From: Spirochaetota bacterium
Lineage (GTDB): Bacteria > Spirochaetota > UBA4802 > JAFGDQ01
DNA length: 64,000 bases
Reading direction: 5' to 3'
Assembly: GCA_043803405.1 (NCBI GenBank)
Contig: JAZDKB010000027.1
Location: 1-64,000, forward strand
The notes under the pieces are model-generated. The model did not search any database, was not told the DNA's origin, and saw only the letters and a program-made list of their open reading frames with translations. The translations under genes were made by a program, and so were the position numbers. Below, piece by piece: positions 54,361 through 63,112 of this stretch; the stretch's first letter is position 1; each line of letters opens with the position of its first letter.

Positions 54361-54645
54361 ATGAAAATATTTAATTCATTTTTGATAATTTTAATTTCAG
54401 CTGTCTTTTTAGTTTCGTGTCAGCCCGGCAATAAGACTATGACACCTGAAGATTTTTTAAAGATTGAGAACGAGTATCTTAATTCTGATTTAAAGCCCGA
54501 ATCGAAGGAAGCTGCTGCAAAGAAATACGGATATACGCTGAAATCATTTACCGAGTTTGAAGAGAAAGTTGACAAAGATCCGGCTCTGAAGAAAAAAGTA
54601 GGCGAAGTTAGATTAAATCTGCAAAAGAAAGACGGAAAAAAATAA
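54361..54645 (+). CDS. Small hypothetical lipoprotein
   Basis: AGGAGG RBS; signal peptide ending FLVSC; basic hydrophilic mature part. Confidence 0.8.
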   Translation: MKIFNSFLIILISAVFLVSCQPGNKTMTPEDFLKIENEYLNSDLKPESKEAAAKKYGYTLKSFTEFEEKVDKDPALKKKVGEVRLNLQKKDGKK

Positions 54646-54661
54646 ATCCTGCGATATATTG

Positions 54662-54685
54662 AATAAGGGGCTGCGGCCCCTTATT
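54662..54685. terminator. Intrinsic terminator between convergent genes
   Basis: AATAAGGGGC-TGCG-GCCCCTTATT perfect hairpin. Confidence 0.75.
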
Positions 54686-54742
54686 CTAATTAATCCACGA
54701 AAAAAATATCTGCTCACAGGAAAACAATATAGAGAATAATAA

Positions 54743-55603
54743 TTACGCATTATTTTTCTTTTCTATAAAATCCTTTAAAAATGCTGCCGCGTTTTCGCCG
54801 AAAATATTTTTTTTATCTTCCTCATTATTTATTTTGCTTTCGATCGAATCGAAATACCGCTTAAAGTCGATCAGCGGATAATCGCTGCCGAATAATATTT
54901 TCCGTGAACCGGTTATCCTTACGGCAATATCGAATATATCGTCATTATACAGATAATGAGAGGCTGCCGTATCATAATAAATATTTTTAAATACAGTCCG
55001 GACATTGTTGTTCAGTTCGTAAAAAAGCAGTCCTCCGCCCCAGTGAGCAAGTATAATGGTGAGGCCCGGGAAATCCTTTATAATAGAGTACAGTACGGAC
55101 AGGTCGGTGCAGTGTTTTCCGGTGTAATCATTGCCTACAGGCTCGCTCACATGCAGGCAAACAGGAAGGCTATGTTTCAATGCAGAGGCAAAGACTTCCT
55201 GTAAAATATCTGCGTTCTTGTATGTTAATCCCTCATTGTAAAATGCGATTTCTCCAATGCCTGCAAGGCCGATCTCTTTTATGTATCCTGCCCAGTCATC
55301 GGACTGATGTTTTCCGGTTAATGGTATTGAGCCGAACGGGATTATCCGCCTGTTTGACTCATTCATCGCCTTAACAAAATATTTATTCTGTTTTTCGCAG
55401 TATTTTTCTTTTTCCCACGGGAAGCCCATTGCAACTGCATAATCGATGTTCAGCTCAGCCATGGACTTTAAAAGGCTGTTATGGTCGATCACTTTCGAGT
55501 TTTCTCCGGAATAAAGCAGAGAGAACGACATATCGTCAAGATAAGCTGAACGGTTTTCTGTTACAGGGGAGTCGAAAATATGAGTGTGGAAATCGATTTT
55601 CAT
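54743..55603 (-). CDS. Amidohydrolase-superfamily protein (Amidohydro_2-like)
   Basis: IDFHTH, GIGE, CLH, LAHWGGG, YDTAA, LFGSDYP. Confidence 0.88.
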   Translation of the reverse strand: MKIDFHTHIFDSPVTENRSAYLDDMSFSLLYSGENSKVIDHNSLLKSMAELNIDYAVAMGFPWEKEKYCEKQNKYFVKAMNESNRRIIPFGSIPLTGKHQSDDWAGYIKEIGLAGIGEIAFYNEGLTYKNADILQEVFASALKHSLPVCLHVSEPVGNDYTGKHCTDLSVLYSIIKDFPGLTIILAHWGGGLLFYELNNNVRTVFKNIYYDTAASHYLYNDDIFDIAVRITGSRKILFGSDYPLIDFKRYFDSIESKINNEEDKKNIFGENAAAFLKDFIEKKNNA

Positions 55604-55883
55604 TTTTATTTATTATACGGTTCTAAATTTTTTAGAAATACTAAAGTTGACTGATTTTTAAATGACATTATTAACTAGTAATAATTCAAAAACTGTGTCA
55701 ATATCATTTTCCCGTTACAGGAGTTAAATTGCGGCAGTTCATGGAAGATTAAATGAGTAAATTGCATATGCCGGCTGAAAGCCGGCCGGCGCCAGAGTTT
55801 TAAAGAGTTTAACCGGAACTCATCATAAAAATTTGAATAATATATCCTTAAACCGAAAGCTGATTATTATGAGTAGAAAGCAT

Positions 55884-57437
55884 TCAGTAAATGATCTCCC
55901 ACCATGCTATCTGGCTGAGATAATAATAATTATCATCTGATAACCAGTTTCCCATTGAAGCGCCCAGAATATCCATGTCACCATCGTTGTCTATGTCTGC
56001 CGCATCAAGGGAATACGCGGAGTGAAAATGCATATTGATTATATGCTCAGTCCATGAGTTGCCGGCTCCGTTTGTGTTCTCCCACCAAATTACCGTATCG
56101 CTGTTGCTTGCGGCTGTTGCAATGTCAATGTCGCCGTCGCCGTCTATATCTTTCGCAATCACAGTACGCCCGCCGTCAAGACTTTCATTATTCACAATGT
56201 GTTTTCCCCAGGAGGACGAGTTTGTATTTTCCCACCAGCATACATTACTGTTTTCGTATATTCCAAGAGAACTGTTCCATGTTCCGTACGATATGCCGAT
56301 AATATCAAAATCACCGTCACCGTCAATGTCTGCTGAATAAACTGCTTCCGCTGTGCTGAAGGTGCCGTCAATTGTATGCTCAGTAAAGTTGTCCTTCCAG
56401 TCGACAATCTCCCCTTTTCTGTTTTCCAGCATGGAGATTTTGCCTTTATTGTTTTCTGTATAGATTATATCGAAGTCCCCGTCTGCGTCAGGATCCGCGA
56501 TACACAGCCGCGTTATTCCCTTAAAATCAGCTTCAATGTTATCTGTGGTCAGTTTATGCTTTGTCCATGCACTCGCATTGCCTGCTGTGTTTTCCCACCA
56601 GCTGATCTCGCTGTTTTGTCCGGAATTATAATTGTCTTCGTAGGACGAGCCTGCAATGTCAAGGTCGCCGTCACCATCCATATCTGCTGCCTGAACAGAA
56701 TGCGCGCCTGCAAAAGATGCATCGACAGCATGAGGAGTCCATACATCTTTCCACGAACCGCCGTCTTCCCTGTGGTTTTCCCACCAGTAAATTCCCATGG
56801 AGTAAGAGTACGGACCTGCGCTTATAAAGTCAATATCGCCGTCACCGTCAATGTCCGCCGGTATTACGGACCAGAAACAAAAAGCGTTTTCTATTATTTT
56901 ATGCTCAATCCAAGATGTGCCGGTATTTTCAAACCAGATTATTTCTCCCTCCCAGTATGAAGCAGCTATAATGTCCATATTACCGTCACCATCAACATCT
57001 GCTGCAGAAACAGATTTAGCTCCGTCAAAATCGTTTTTCACTATGCTCATTACAGGGTATCCGACCTTTACTTCAATATAGTTCGACATTACTTTCTCGT
57101 CCGAAACCAGCCAGCGGCTTTCCCAAACCTTAAGCTTAACCGAATAAGTTCCTGCAGTATTATATGTGCAGACCGGGTTCTGTTCAGTAGAGTCAATTAT
57201 GCCGTCATTATCGAAATCCCATTCCCACGCCGCAATATCTCCGAAAGAGTGATCCGTAAACCCGACAGTCAGCCGCGCGTTGCCCTCAGTGCCCGAAGCT
57301 GTGAAGTCCGCGGCTACAGCAGGCGAAACAAAGTTATCGCTATCCGGATCACTAGAATTGTCCCGCTCCATGTCAAAATAGCAGGAAGCATTTAAAAGCA
57401 ACAGGGGAATTAGAATTATTTTTTTTAATTTTTTCAT
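55884..57437 (-). CDS. Lipoprotein with PKD domain and FG-GAP/VCBS-type repeats (predicted beta-propeller)
   Basis: LLNASC lipobox; WEWDFDNDG...QNP...YSVKLKV PKD; seven DxDGDGDxDI...WWEN-type repeats. Confidence 0.88.
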   Translation of the reverse strand: MKKLKKIILIPLLLLNASCYFDMERDNSSDPDSDNFVSPAVAADFTASGTEGNARLTVGFTDHSFGDIAAWEWDFDNDGIIDSTEQNPVCTYNTAGTYSVKLKVWESRWLVSDEKVMSNYIEVKVGYPVMSIVKNDFDGAKSVSAADVDGDGNMDIIAASYWEGEIIWFENTGTSWIEHKIIENAFCFWSVIPADIDGDGDIDFISAGPYSYSMGIYWWENHREDGGSWKDVWTPHAVDASFAGAHSVQAADMDGDGDLDIAGSSYEDNYNSGQNSEISWWENTAGNASAWTKHKLTTDNIEADFKGITRLCIADPDADGDFDIIYTENNKGKISMLENRKGEIVDWKDNFTEHTIDGTFSTAEAVYSADIDGDGDFDIIGISYGTWNSSLGIYENSNVCWWENTNSSSWGKHIVNNESLDGGRTVIAKDIDGDGDIDIATAASNSDTVIWWENTNGAGNSWTEHIINMHFHSAYSLDAADIDNDGDMDILGASMGNWLSDDNYYYLSQIAWWEIIY

Positions 57438-57447
57438 ATTGTCTTTT

Positions 57448-57517
57448 GCCCCTCTACCGGACTACTGACGTTCAATACATATAGAAAAACTTCCGGGAGA
57501 GGGATAGGGGTGAGGGC
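57448..57517. repeat. BoxC-like intergenic palindromic repeat
   Basis: CCCTCTACCGGA (57450-57461) pairs with TCCGGGAGAGGG (57492-57503, one mismatch), followed by GGGGTGAGGGC. Confidence 0.55.
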
Positions 57518-57591
57518 ATTTTTTTAATTATTTTAATCAATTCACCCAAATTTACATTAACTATCTATGTATTATATATTCCTTTTAACTC

Positions 57592-59184
57592 CTAATCGAT
57601 ATCGAAAACAGACCACCACGCAAGCGAGCTGCCTGCATTTGTAAGATAATAACCGTTCGCTGCACCTGCCAAATCTATGTAGCTGTCGTCGTTTATGTCT
57701 GCTGCGAATACTGATGAAGCAAACGTAAATTCAGCATCGATAGCATGCTCTTCCCAGCTGTTCCACATACCGCCAATATTTTCCCACCATGCGATCTTGT
57801 CGCCAAGCCTGGACGCCCCCGCAATGTCCGGGTCGCCGTCGCCGTCAATATCAGCAATAAAGACTGACTGTGCTCCGAAAAAGTCTTCATCAATAGTGTG
57901 CCTTGTCCAGCCTATGCCTCCGCCGTCATTCAGCCAGATTACTATCTTGTCGTCTTCCCAGAAAGCGGATACAATATCCATGTCCCCGTCGCCGTCCATG
58001 TCAGCGATGCGGATATCCCTTGGCCCCCTCAGATAATCCGGTCCTGTGTCTGGCATGATCGTGTTTTCCGACCAGGTGCCTCCGCTTCCGTCATTATTTC
58101 TGAACCAGAGTATTTCACTATGCTCGTGCGTGGCTGTTGAATTTTCAATGTAACCATATACACTAGCTACGATGTCCTTATGCCCGTCGTTGTCAATATC
58201 CGCAATGCGGACGTCAGCCATGCGGCACAGGCTGGTTTTTATGCTATGTTCAATCCATGAAGTCCCTGTACCACCGTCGTTTTCCCACCAGCGTATTTCG
58301 CTGTTCTCGTATATGCCCGGCCCGCTGTTCCATGTTCCGTTTGAAGCGCCTGCAATGTCGATATCTCCATCGCCGTCAATATCGCACGCGTAAACCGAAC
58401 AGGCGCGGATAAAATTAGAAGCTACTTCGTGCTTTGTCCACGATTTGCCGTCCCCGCCCGCATCATCGCGCGGTGTCCCATCGTTCTCCCACCATACGAT
58501 TTCATCTTTAGAATATAGCGATGCAACTATATCCATGAAGCCGTCATGGTTTACATCTGCTGCATGTATCGAGATTGTGAAAAGAGGATGAGTCTCATCG
58601 GCTACTGCAATGATGTGTTCGATCCACTGACTACCGCTGTCAGTATTTTCCCACCACGAAAGTTTGTTATTCAAATAATTATTGTTATATTCGTTATCCC
58701 TCGAATAACCGCATATAAAATCTATATCTCCGTCATTATCAATATCAGCCGGGTACAGCGTATAGGGGCCTTCGTTGCCCTCAGATATTGTCCGTCTTTC
58801 CGGTGTACCGAAGGACACAGTTATCTGCTCTGTCTTTTCATCAGTGTAATGTCCAATAGATGTAACTTTTAATTTCACATTATATTTCCCGGCAGACGTG
58901 AATATATAGGAAGGATTTTGTTCCGTAGAATCTGTGATGCCGTCATTGTTGAAATCCCATTCACAGGATTCAATACTGCCGATGGAATTATTTTCAAAAT
59001 GCACGGTCATGGGCACATTGCCGCTTTTGGAGGAAGGAATAAAGGATGCGCTTAAAGCAGGCGGGGTAAAGTTATCTGCATCCGGGTCATTTGAATTATC
59101 CCTCGGCATTTCAAAATAGCAGGATGAAACATTCAGGAGCAGACAGATAAAAATGAATTTAAATATTAATTTAAATCCGTTCAT
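57592..59184 (-). CDS. Paralogous lipoprotein with PKD domain and FG-GAP/VCBS-type repeats
   Basis: MNGFKLIF...LNVSSC lipobox from ATG 59184, PKD domain, seven DxDxDGxxDI-type repeats; the track's 34-aa extension runs through an intergenic repeat. Confidence 0.88.
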   Translation of the reverse strand: MNGFKLIFKFIFICLLLNVSSCYFEMPRDNSNDPDADNFTPPALSASFIPSSKSGNVPMTVHFENNSIGSIESCEWDFNNDGITDSTEQNPSYIFTSAGKYNVKLKVTSIGHYTDEKTEQITVSFGTPERRTISEGNEGPYTLYPADIDNDGDIDFICGYSRDNEYNNNYLNNKLSWWENTDSGSQWIEHIIAVADETHPLFTISIHAADVNHDGFMDIVASLYSKDEIVWWENDGTPRDDAGGDGKSWTKHEVASNFIRACSVYACDIDGDGDIDIAGASNGTWNSGPGIYENSEIRWWENDGGTGTSWIEHSIKTSLCRMADVRIADIDNDGHKDIVASVYGYIENSTATHEHSEILWFRNNDGSGGTWSENTIMPDTGPDYLRGPRDIRIADMDGDGDMDIVSAFWEDDKIVIWLNDGGGIGWTRHTIDEDFFGAQSVFIADIDGDGDPDIAGASRLGDKIAWWENIGGMWNSWEEHAIDAEFTFASSVFAADINDDSYIDLAGAANGYYLTNAGSSLAWWSVFDID

Positions 59185-59209
59185 ATAAATTACATCCGTG
59201 TTTTTGTTT

Positions 59210-59272
59210 TGGAACCACGAATACACACAAATAAAAATTAAAAAAATATATTCGTATTCATTCGTGGTTCCA
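59210..59272. repeat. Intergenic inverted repeat (CCACGAAT/ATTCGTGG type)
   Basis: TGGAACCACGAAT (59210-59222) / ATTCGTGGTTCCA (59260-59272), perfect 13-bp arms with imperfect inner extension. Confidence 0.7.
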
Positions 59273-59318
59273 TTTTTTAAAATCAAGTCAATTTATAAAG
59301 CCTGCCAAATTTTATATT

Positions 59319-60251
59319 TCAAAACTTCAGACTGACCCCCATACCCATAACAAGCTCCTGCCTGGGATAATTGATGTTGTATATCCGGATGCCTGCTTCC
59401 ACGCTGCCTGTGTTTTTAGTCGCGTCTTTAATGTTTCTAAAAACCGGTTTAGTAATAAACAGAACATCAATCCAGTTCGCAATGTAAACCAGGGAGCAAA
59501 GAACTGTCGCGCCCATGGCAAAATACCCGGCTCTTTTCGCACTCCTGTATTTTCTGTCGTATTCATCCGATCCGGCCTGCAGTTCCCCCAGGTCGCGGTA
59601 TTCTTCGCGTTTCTTTTTGTAATTGATGATTGAGCATATAGTTAATGCCCCGGTTGCAATAAATGAACTAAGAAATATCCAGCCCTTCTTTTCTTCTCCT
59701 GCATACAGCTGGCCGCATCCCGGTATAAAACTGACCGAATAATAAACCAGCGGCAGAACCGGCATTATGATCTCCTTATCCCCTTCAACTATCTTTCTTA
59801 TCAAATCCTTTGCAGTCAATTCTGCAGTCTTTATTACTTCGTCGTTATTTGCCGCTTTGCCTGTGGACGAGAACATCGATACGCTGCTTTTAATGTCTAT
59901 ATATCTTATTGTAATGACGATCGTTTGTTCAACGCTGTTAACTTCGCCGACTATAAGCTTTTCCGCATTCAGCATTTTGCCTATTTCAACAGCACAGGAC
60001 TGATCAGTGCATCCCGTCATCTGCAGCCCGTGCTCCTCAAGGATCGCTTTTATTCTGGTTCTTTCAACAACAGTGAAATTGCCTATGTTAACAAACTCGG
60101 ATCTGACTATATCCGTAACAGCATAAGATATGATATTGCTGACTCCGTTGGGATTCAGCTCCAGAACTGCAAGCGTAACAGATAAAGCCGGGGTTTTAAG
60201 CAACGTTATCAGGATAATTGCATAAAATATATGTATTCGCAGTTTGAACAC
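59319..60251 (-). CDS. Exported protein with CsgG/HfaB-like N-terminal domain and hydrophobic C-terminal domain
   Basis: Signal peptide; LAVLE...FTVVERTRIKAILEE...GCTDQSCAVEIGKMLNAEKLIVG; C-terminal IPGCGQLY with two hydrophobic helices; ends GVSLKF. Confidence 0.75.
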   Translation of the reverse strand: MFKLRIHIFYAIILITLLKTPALSVTLAVLELNPNGVSNIISYAVTDIVRSEFVNIGNFTVVERTRIKAILEEHGLQMTGCTDQSCAVEIGKMLNAEKLIVGEVNSVEQTIVITIRYIDIKSSVSMFSSTGKAANNDEVIKTAELTAKDLIRKIVEGDKEIIMPVLPLVYYSVSFIPGCGQLYAGEEKKGWIFLSSFIATGALTICSIINYKKKREEYRDLGELQAGSDEYDRKYRSAKRAGYFAMGATVLCSLVYIANWIDVLFITKPVFRNIKDATKNTGSVEAGIRIYNINYPRQELVMGMGVSLKF

Positions 60252-60419
60252 AGACAGCTCCGGTATTTTAATATTACTTTTTTGTTATTATCAGGGATAT
60301 ATATGAGATTTATATTTTAGAATGAGAAGTCTTGTTTCTATATGATAGGCATAATTGAATATTTTTATCTTTATCTATCAAAGATATAAAAGTATAAATT
60401 AAAGGCAAGTATTTTATGG

Positions 60420-61145
60420 TTACCAGATTTCTTTGCTGACGCCGATATTTTCTGCAGCAGTGTTTATTATTCCATTGATTTGATCTGCTTCTTTAAAAGT
60501 ATAATTCTTATCGAATAATATTTTGCCGGTTTCGGCATTCGCTATGCTGACTGATAATAAATATGTATTGCCTGCCCGGCTCAGCCTTCCGGTAAGAATT
60601 CTGTTCACGCTTTTATCAATGCCGTCTGTTTTGCGGAAAACGACTGCAGCCGGCATTTCGCCTTTAAGGCGAGAGTATAATTTATCCGTAATATCCGAAG
60701 CAAGCTTTTCATCTGTTTTATCCGACAAAATCTGCGTAATGCCCAGCCTGTTCATTAACAAAGGCACCTTTGTTCTCTGCTCTTTATACGCATCAACCGC
60801 GGGTATTTTAACGGATATTTTATTATCATTAATTAATGTTTTTGGATTATTAAAAATAATTATTCCTGCTGCAGTAAGAATCCCGGCTGCAATCAGGGCA
60901 GCAGAAATGAAAGAAAGGGTAATCTCCGCCTGCCTTGCAGTCAGATTTACCCCGATTTTTTTTGTAAAGAAATAGAATCTGAGAACAGATCCATAGAAAG
61001 CATTATATTCCCCGAAATTTTTCAGCACGTTTACAGTTGTTTTTCTTTTAAAGGATAAGATCTGTTTCTGTATATCCAGCGGAACAGGCTGCCTTAACTT
61101 AAAGCGCCCCAGTATCTTTTCCAGTTTAGCGATATTCCCGTTCAT
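60420..61145 (-). CDS. Putative anti-sigma factor: single TM plus CsgG/TolB-N-like extracytoplasmic domain
   Basis: ATGA overlap with the ECF sigma; one TM; C-terminal ...LASDITDKL...ILTGRLSRAGNTYLLSVSIANAETGKIL pattern. Confidence 0.6.
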   Translation of the reverse strand: MNGNIAKLEKILGRFKLRQPVPLDIQKQILSFKRKTTVNVLKNFGEYNAFYGSVLRFYFFTKKIGVNLTARQAEITLSFISAALIAAGILTAAGIIIFNNPKTLINDNKISVKIPAVDAYKEQRTKVPLLMNRLGITQILSDKTDEKLASDITDKLYSRLKGEMPAAVVFRKTDGIDKSVNRILTGRLSRAGNTYLLSVSIANAETGKILFDKNYTFKEADQINGIINTAAENIGVSKEIW

Positions 61146-61657
61146 AAGAGGTCCTCAATATGTTTTATGCCTTTTCTCGAGAACTGATCCATTATTTTCT
61201 GAACTATCAGACCATACTTATACTGGACCTGTCTCTTGCTAAGACCAAGCTGGGAACCGGCCTGGCTGTAGCTGAAATTATTTATGGCGATAAGATCGAA
61301 TAAAACCTTATCTTCTTCCGTGTCGAACGTATCTGTTGATTCTATTATTTCATTTATTATTATCCTCGCATCCCTGAACCCGTTTACAAACGTAAGACCC
61401 ACGTCTTTAAAAATATCGTCGATCTTTGCGGACTTATCCCTTGCCCTGTAATGATCGAATACCGCAAGCCGCAAAGCGCCATACAGCCATTTTCTGTGGT
61501 TTTCGATCTCGTCGAATTTTTCAAAAAACTTGATGAATACTTCCTGGCATACATCATACGCGTCGTCCACATTATTGACTTTAGTATAAACTGCGCTATA
61601 CACGAGCGGATAATAACTGTTTACAGCATCCGTGAAACTATTCTTTTTGTCAGCCAT
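61142..61657 (-). CDS. ECF-type RNA polymerase sigma factor
   Basis: 171 aa; DAYDVCQEVF, KWLY, DHYR (region 2); SYSQAGSQLGLSKRQV HTH (region 4). Confidence 0.85.
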   Translation of the reverse strand: MADKKNSFTDAVNSYYPLVYSAVYTKVNNVDDAYDVCQEVFIKFFEKFDEIENHRKWLYGALRLAVFDHYRARDKSAKIDDIFKDVGLTFVNGFRDARIIINEIIESTDTFDTEEDKVLFDLIAINNFSYSQAGSQLGLSKRQVQYKYGLIVQKIMDQFSRKGIKHIEDLL

Positions 61658-61834
61658 TGTATATTTGTATTATAAGCGTAAGAAAAGCAGGGAATAATCC
61701 AAAAAAAATTCCGGATTTATTAATTTATCGGGAAAAATCAGGATTATGGATATTAAAATGTTAAATATAAGAGTGATACTGGTTTTAATGATGCAATGCA
61801 GCTGAATTATGATATGAGTTGACCAGACTATGCT

Positions 61835-63109
61835 TTAACTGAATAACCGGATCGCTTTATTAATAACCGGATAAATCAGGAGTATTGAGCTCAATATTAT
61901 CAGGATAACGGTGGTTAAAATCCCGATAATGTTCTGAGCCTTATTATTGACATGCTCTCCCATTATTTCCGATTTATTGACAACAATTATCATACATATT
62001 AATACAACAGGCAGAAGTATTGCGTTTAATATTTGCGTCCAGATTGTTATATCGATTAATGGGGCATTCGGAATCAATATAATGACAACAGACACAAGTA
62101 TTATCAGAGTAAAAAGAAGATAAAACTGCGGCGCATCGCTGAACTTTTTATCGATCCCCGCCTCAAATCCGAAGCCTTCGCAAACAAAGAAAGCCGTAGC
62201 AAGCGGCAGTATTGTGGCGGAAAATATCGACGCAATAAAGAGCCCGAATGAAAATACAATAGATGCGAAATTGCCGGCAAAAGGCTTAAGCGATATTGCG
62301 GCGTCTTTTGCCTCATTAATCGATATGTTATTGACATGAAGCGTGGCTCCGCAGGAAATAATAATAAAAAAAGCGACAACTACAGTTGCAACAGCGCCAA
62401 CGACAACGTCCACAAGCACCAGCTTGTAATCCCCTATTTTAATTCCTTTTTCGATGACGGCCGACTGCATATAGAACTGCATCCATGGAGCAATGGTCGT
62501 TCCCACAATACCGAGAACCATGCCAAGGTAATTCTCATTATACTGGATTTCAGGGCTAATAATCGCATGCCCTATCTCTGACCAGTCCGGATTTGCAAGA
62601 AGTGCCGATATAATATAAGAAAACAGGCAAAAGCTGAAAATTAAAAATATTCGCTCTGATTTTTTATAATCCCATTTAATGACGATGATCCACACAGCAG
62701 CAGCCGAAACGGGGACAGATATATATTTGCTGACATCGAAAACCATTAAGCTGCCCGCAACGCCTGCAAATTCGGTTGCAGTGTTGCCTATGTTCGCGAT
62801 CAATAGGCACACGAAAATATAAAACGTGATTTTTACGCCGAAGTTCTCGCGGATAAGGTCTGCAAGCCCTTTGCCTGTCACAATACCCATTCTCGCATTC
62901 ATTTCCTGCACCGCAATAAGCGCAATAAAAGATGGAATAAGAGTCCATATAAGCTGGTAACCGTATTCGGCGCCTGCAACCGAATACGTAGTAATACCCC
63001 CTGCATCGTTATCCACACTTCCGGTAATAATACCGGGCCCCATCACGCTGAAAAAAATGAGGATATTTCTTATATATACATGCTCTTTTATCTTTTTCAG
63101 TAAAACCAT
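61835..63109 (-). CDS. Nramp-related divalent metal (likely Mg2+, NRMT-type) transporter
   Basis: MGPG...DNDAGG (instead of canonical DPGN), QEMNARMG.VTGKGL, GTTIAPW; ~11 TM segments. Confidence 0.88.
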   Translation of the reverse strand: MVLLKKIKEHVYIRNILIFFSVMGPGIITGSVDNDAGGITTYSVAGAEYGYQLIWTLIPSFIALIAVQEMNARMGIVTGKGLADLIRENFGVKITFYIFVCLLIANIGNTATEFAGVAGSLMVFDVSKYISVPVSAAAVWIIVIKWDYKKSERIFLIFSFCLFSYIISALLANPDWSEIGHAIISPEIQYNENYLGMVLGIVGTTIAPWMQFYMQSAVIEKGIKIGDYKLVLVDVVVGAVATVVVAFFIIISCGATLHVNNISINEAKDAAISLKPFAGNFASIVFSFGLFIASIFSATILPLATAFFVCEGFGFEAGIDKKFSDAPQFYLLFTLIILVSVVIILIPNAPLIDITIWTQILNAILLPVVLICMIIVVNKSEIMGEHVNNKAQNIIGILTTVILIILSSILLIYPVINKAIRLFS

Positions 63110-63112
63110 TAT

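Noticed and set aside
55762..55830. GCCGGCT-GAA-AGCCGGC hairpin followed by GGCGC..AGAG..GTTTAA, loosely like a c-di-GMP-I riboswitch
   Set aside because: Core GCAAA motifs and P1 pairing are missing, and the resemblance is on the + strand where no gene follows; more likely a terminator-type hairpin.
55884..58800. Repeated GTCGCCGTC/TTTTCCCACCA motifs as a possible CRISPR or DNA repeat array
   Set aside because: They are degenerate codons of the DxDGDGD and WWEN protein repeats, with irregular spacing.
59185..59286. 34-aa N-terminal extension of the lipoprotein ORF in the track
   Set aside because: It is a translation of an intergenic inverted repeat; ATG 59184 gives a normal lipoprotein signal matching the paralogue.
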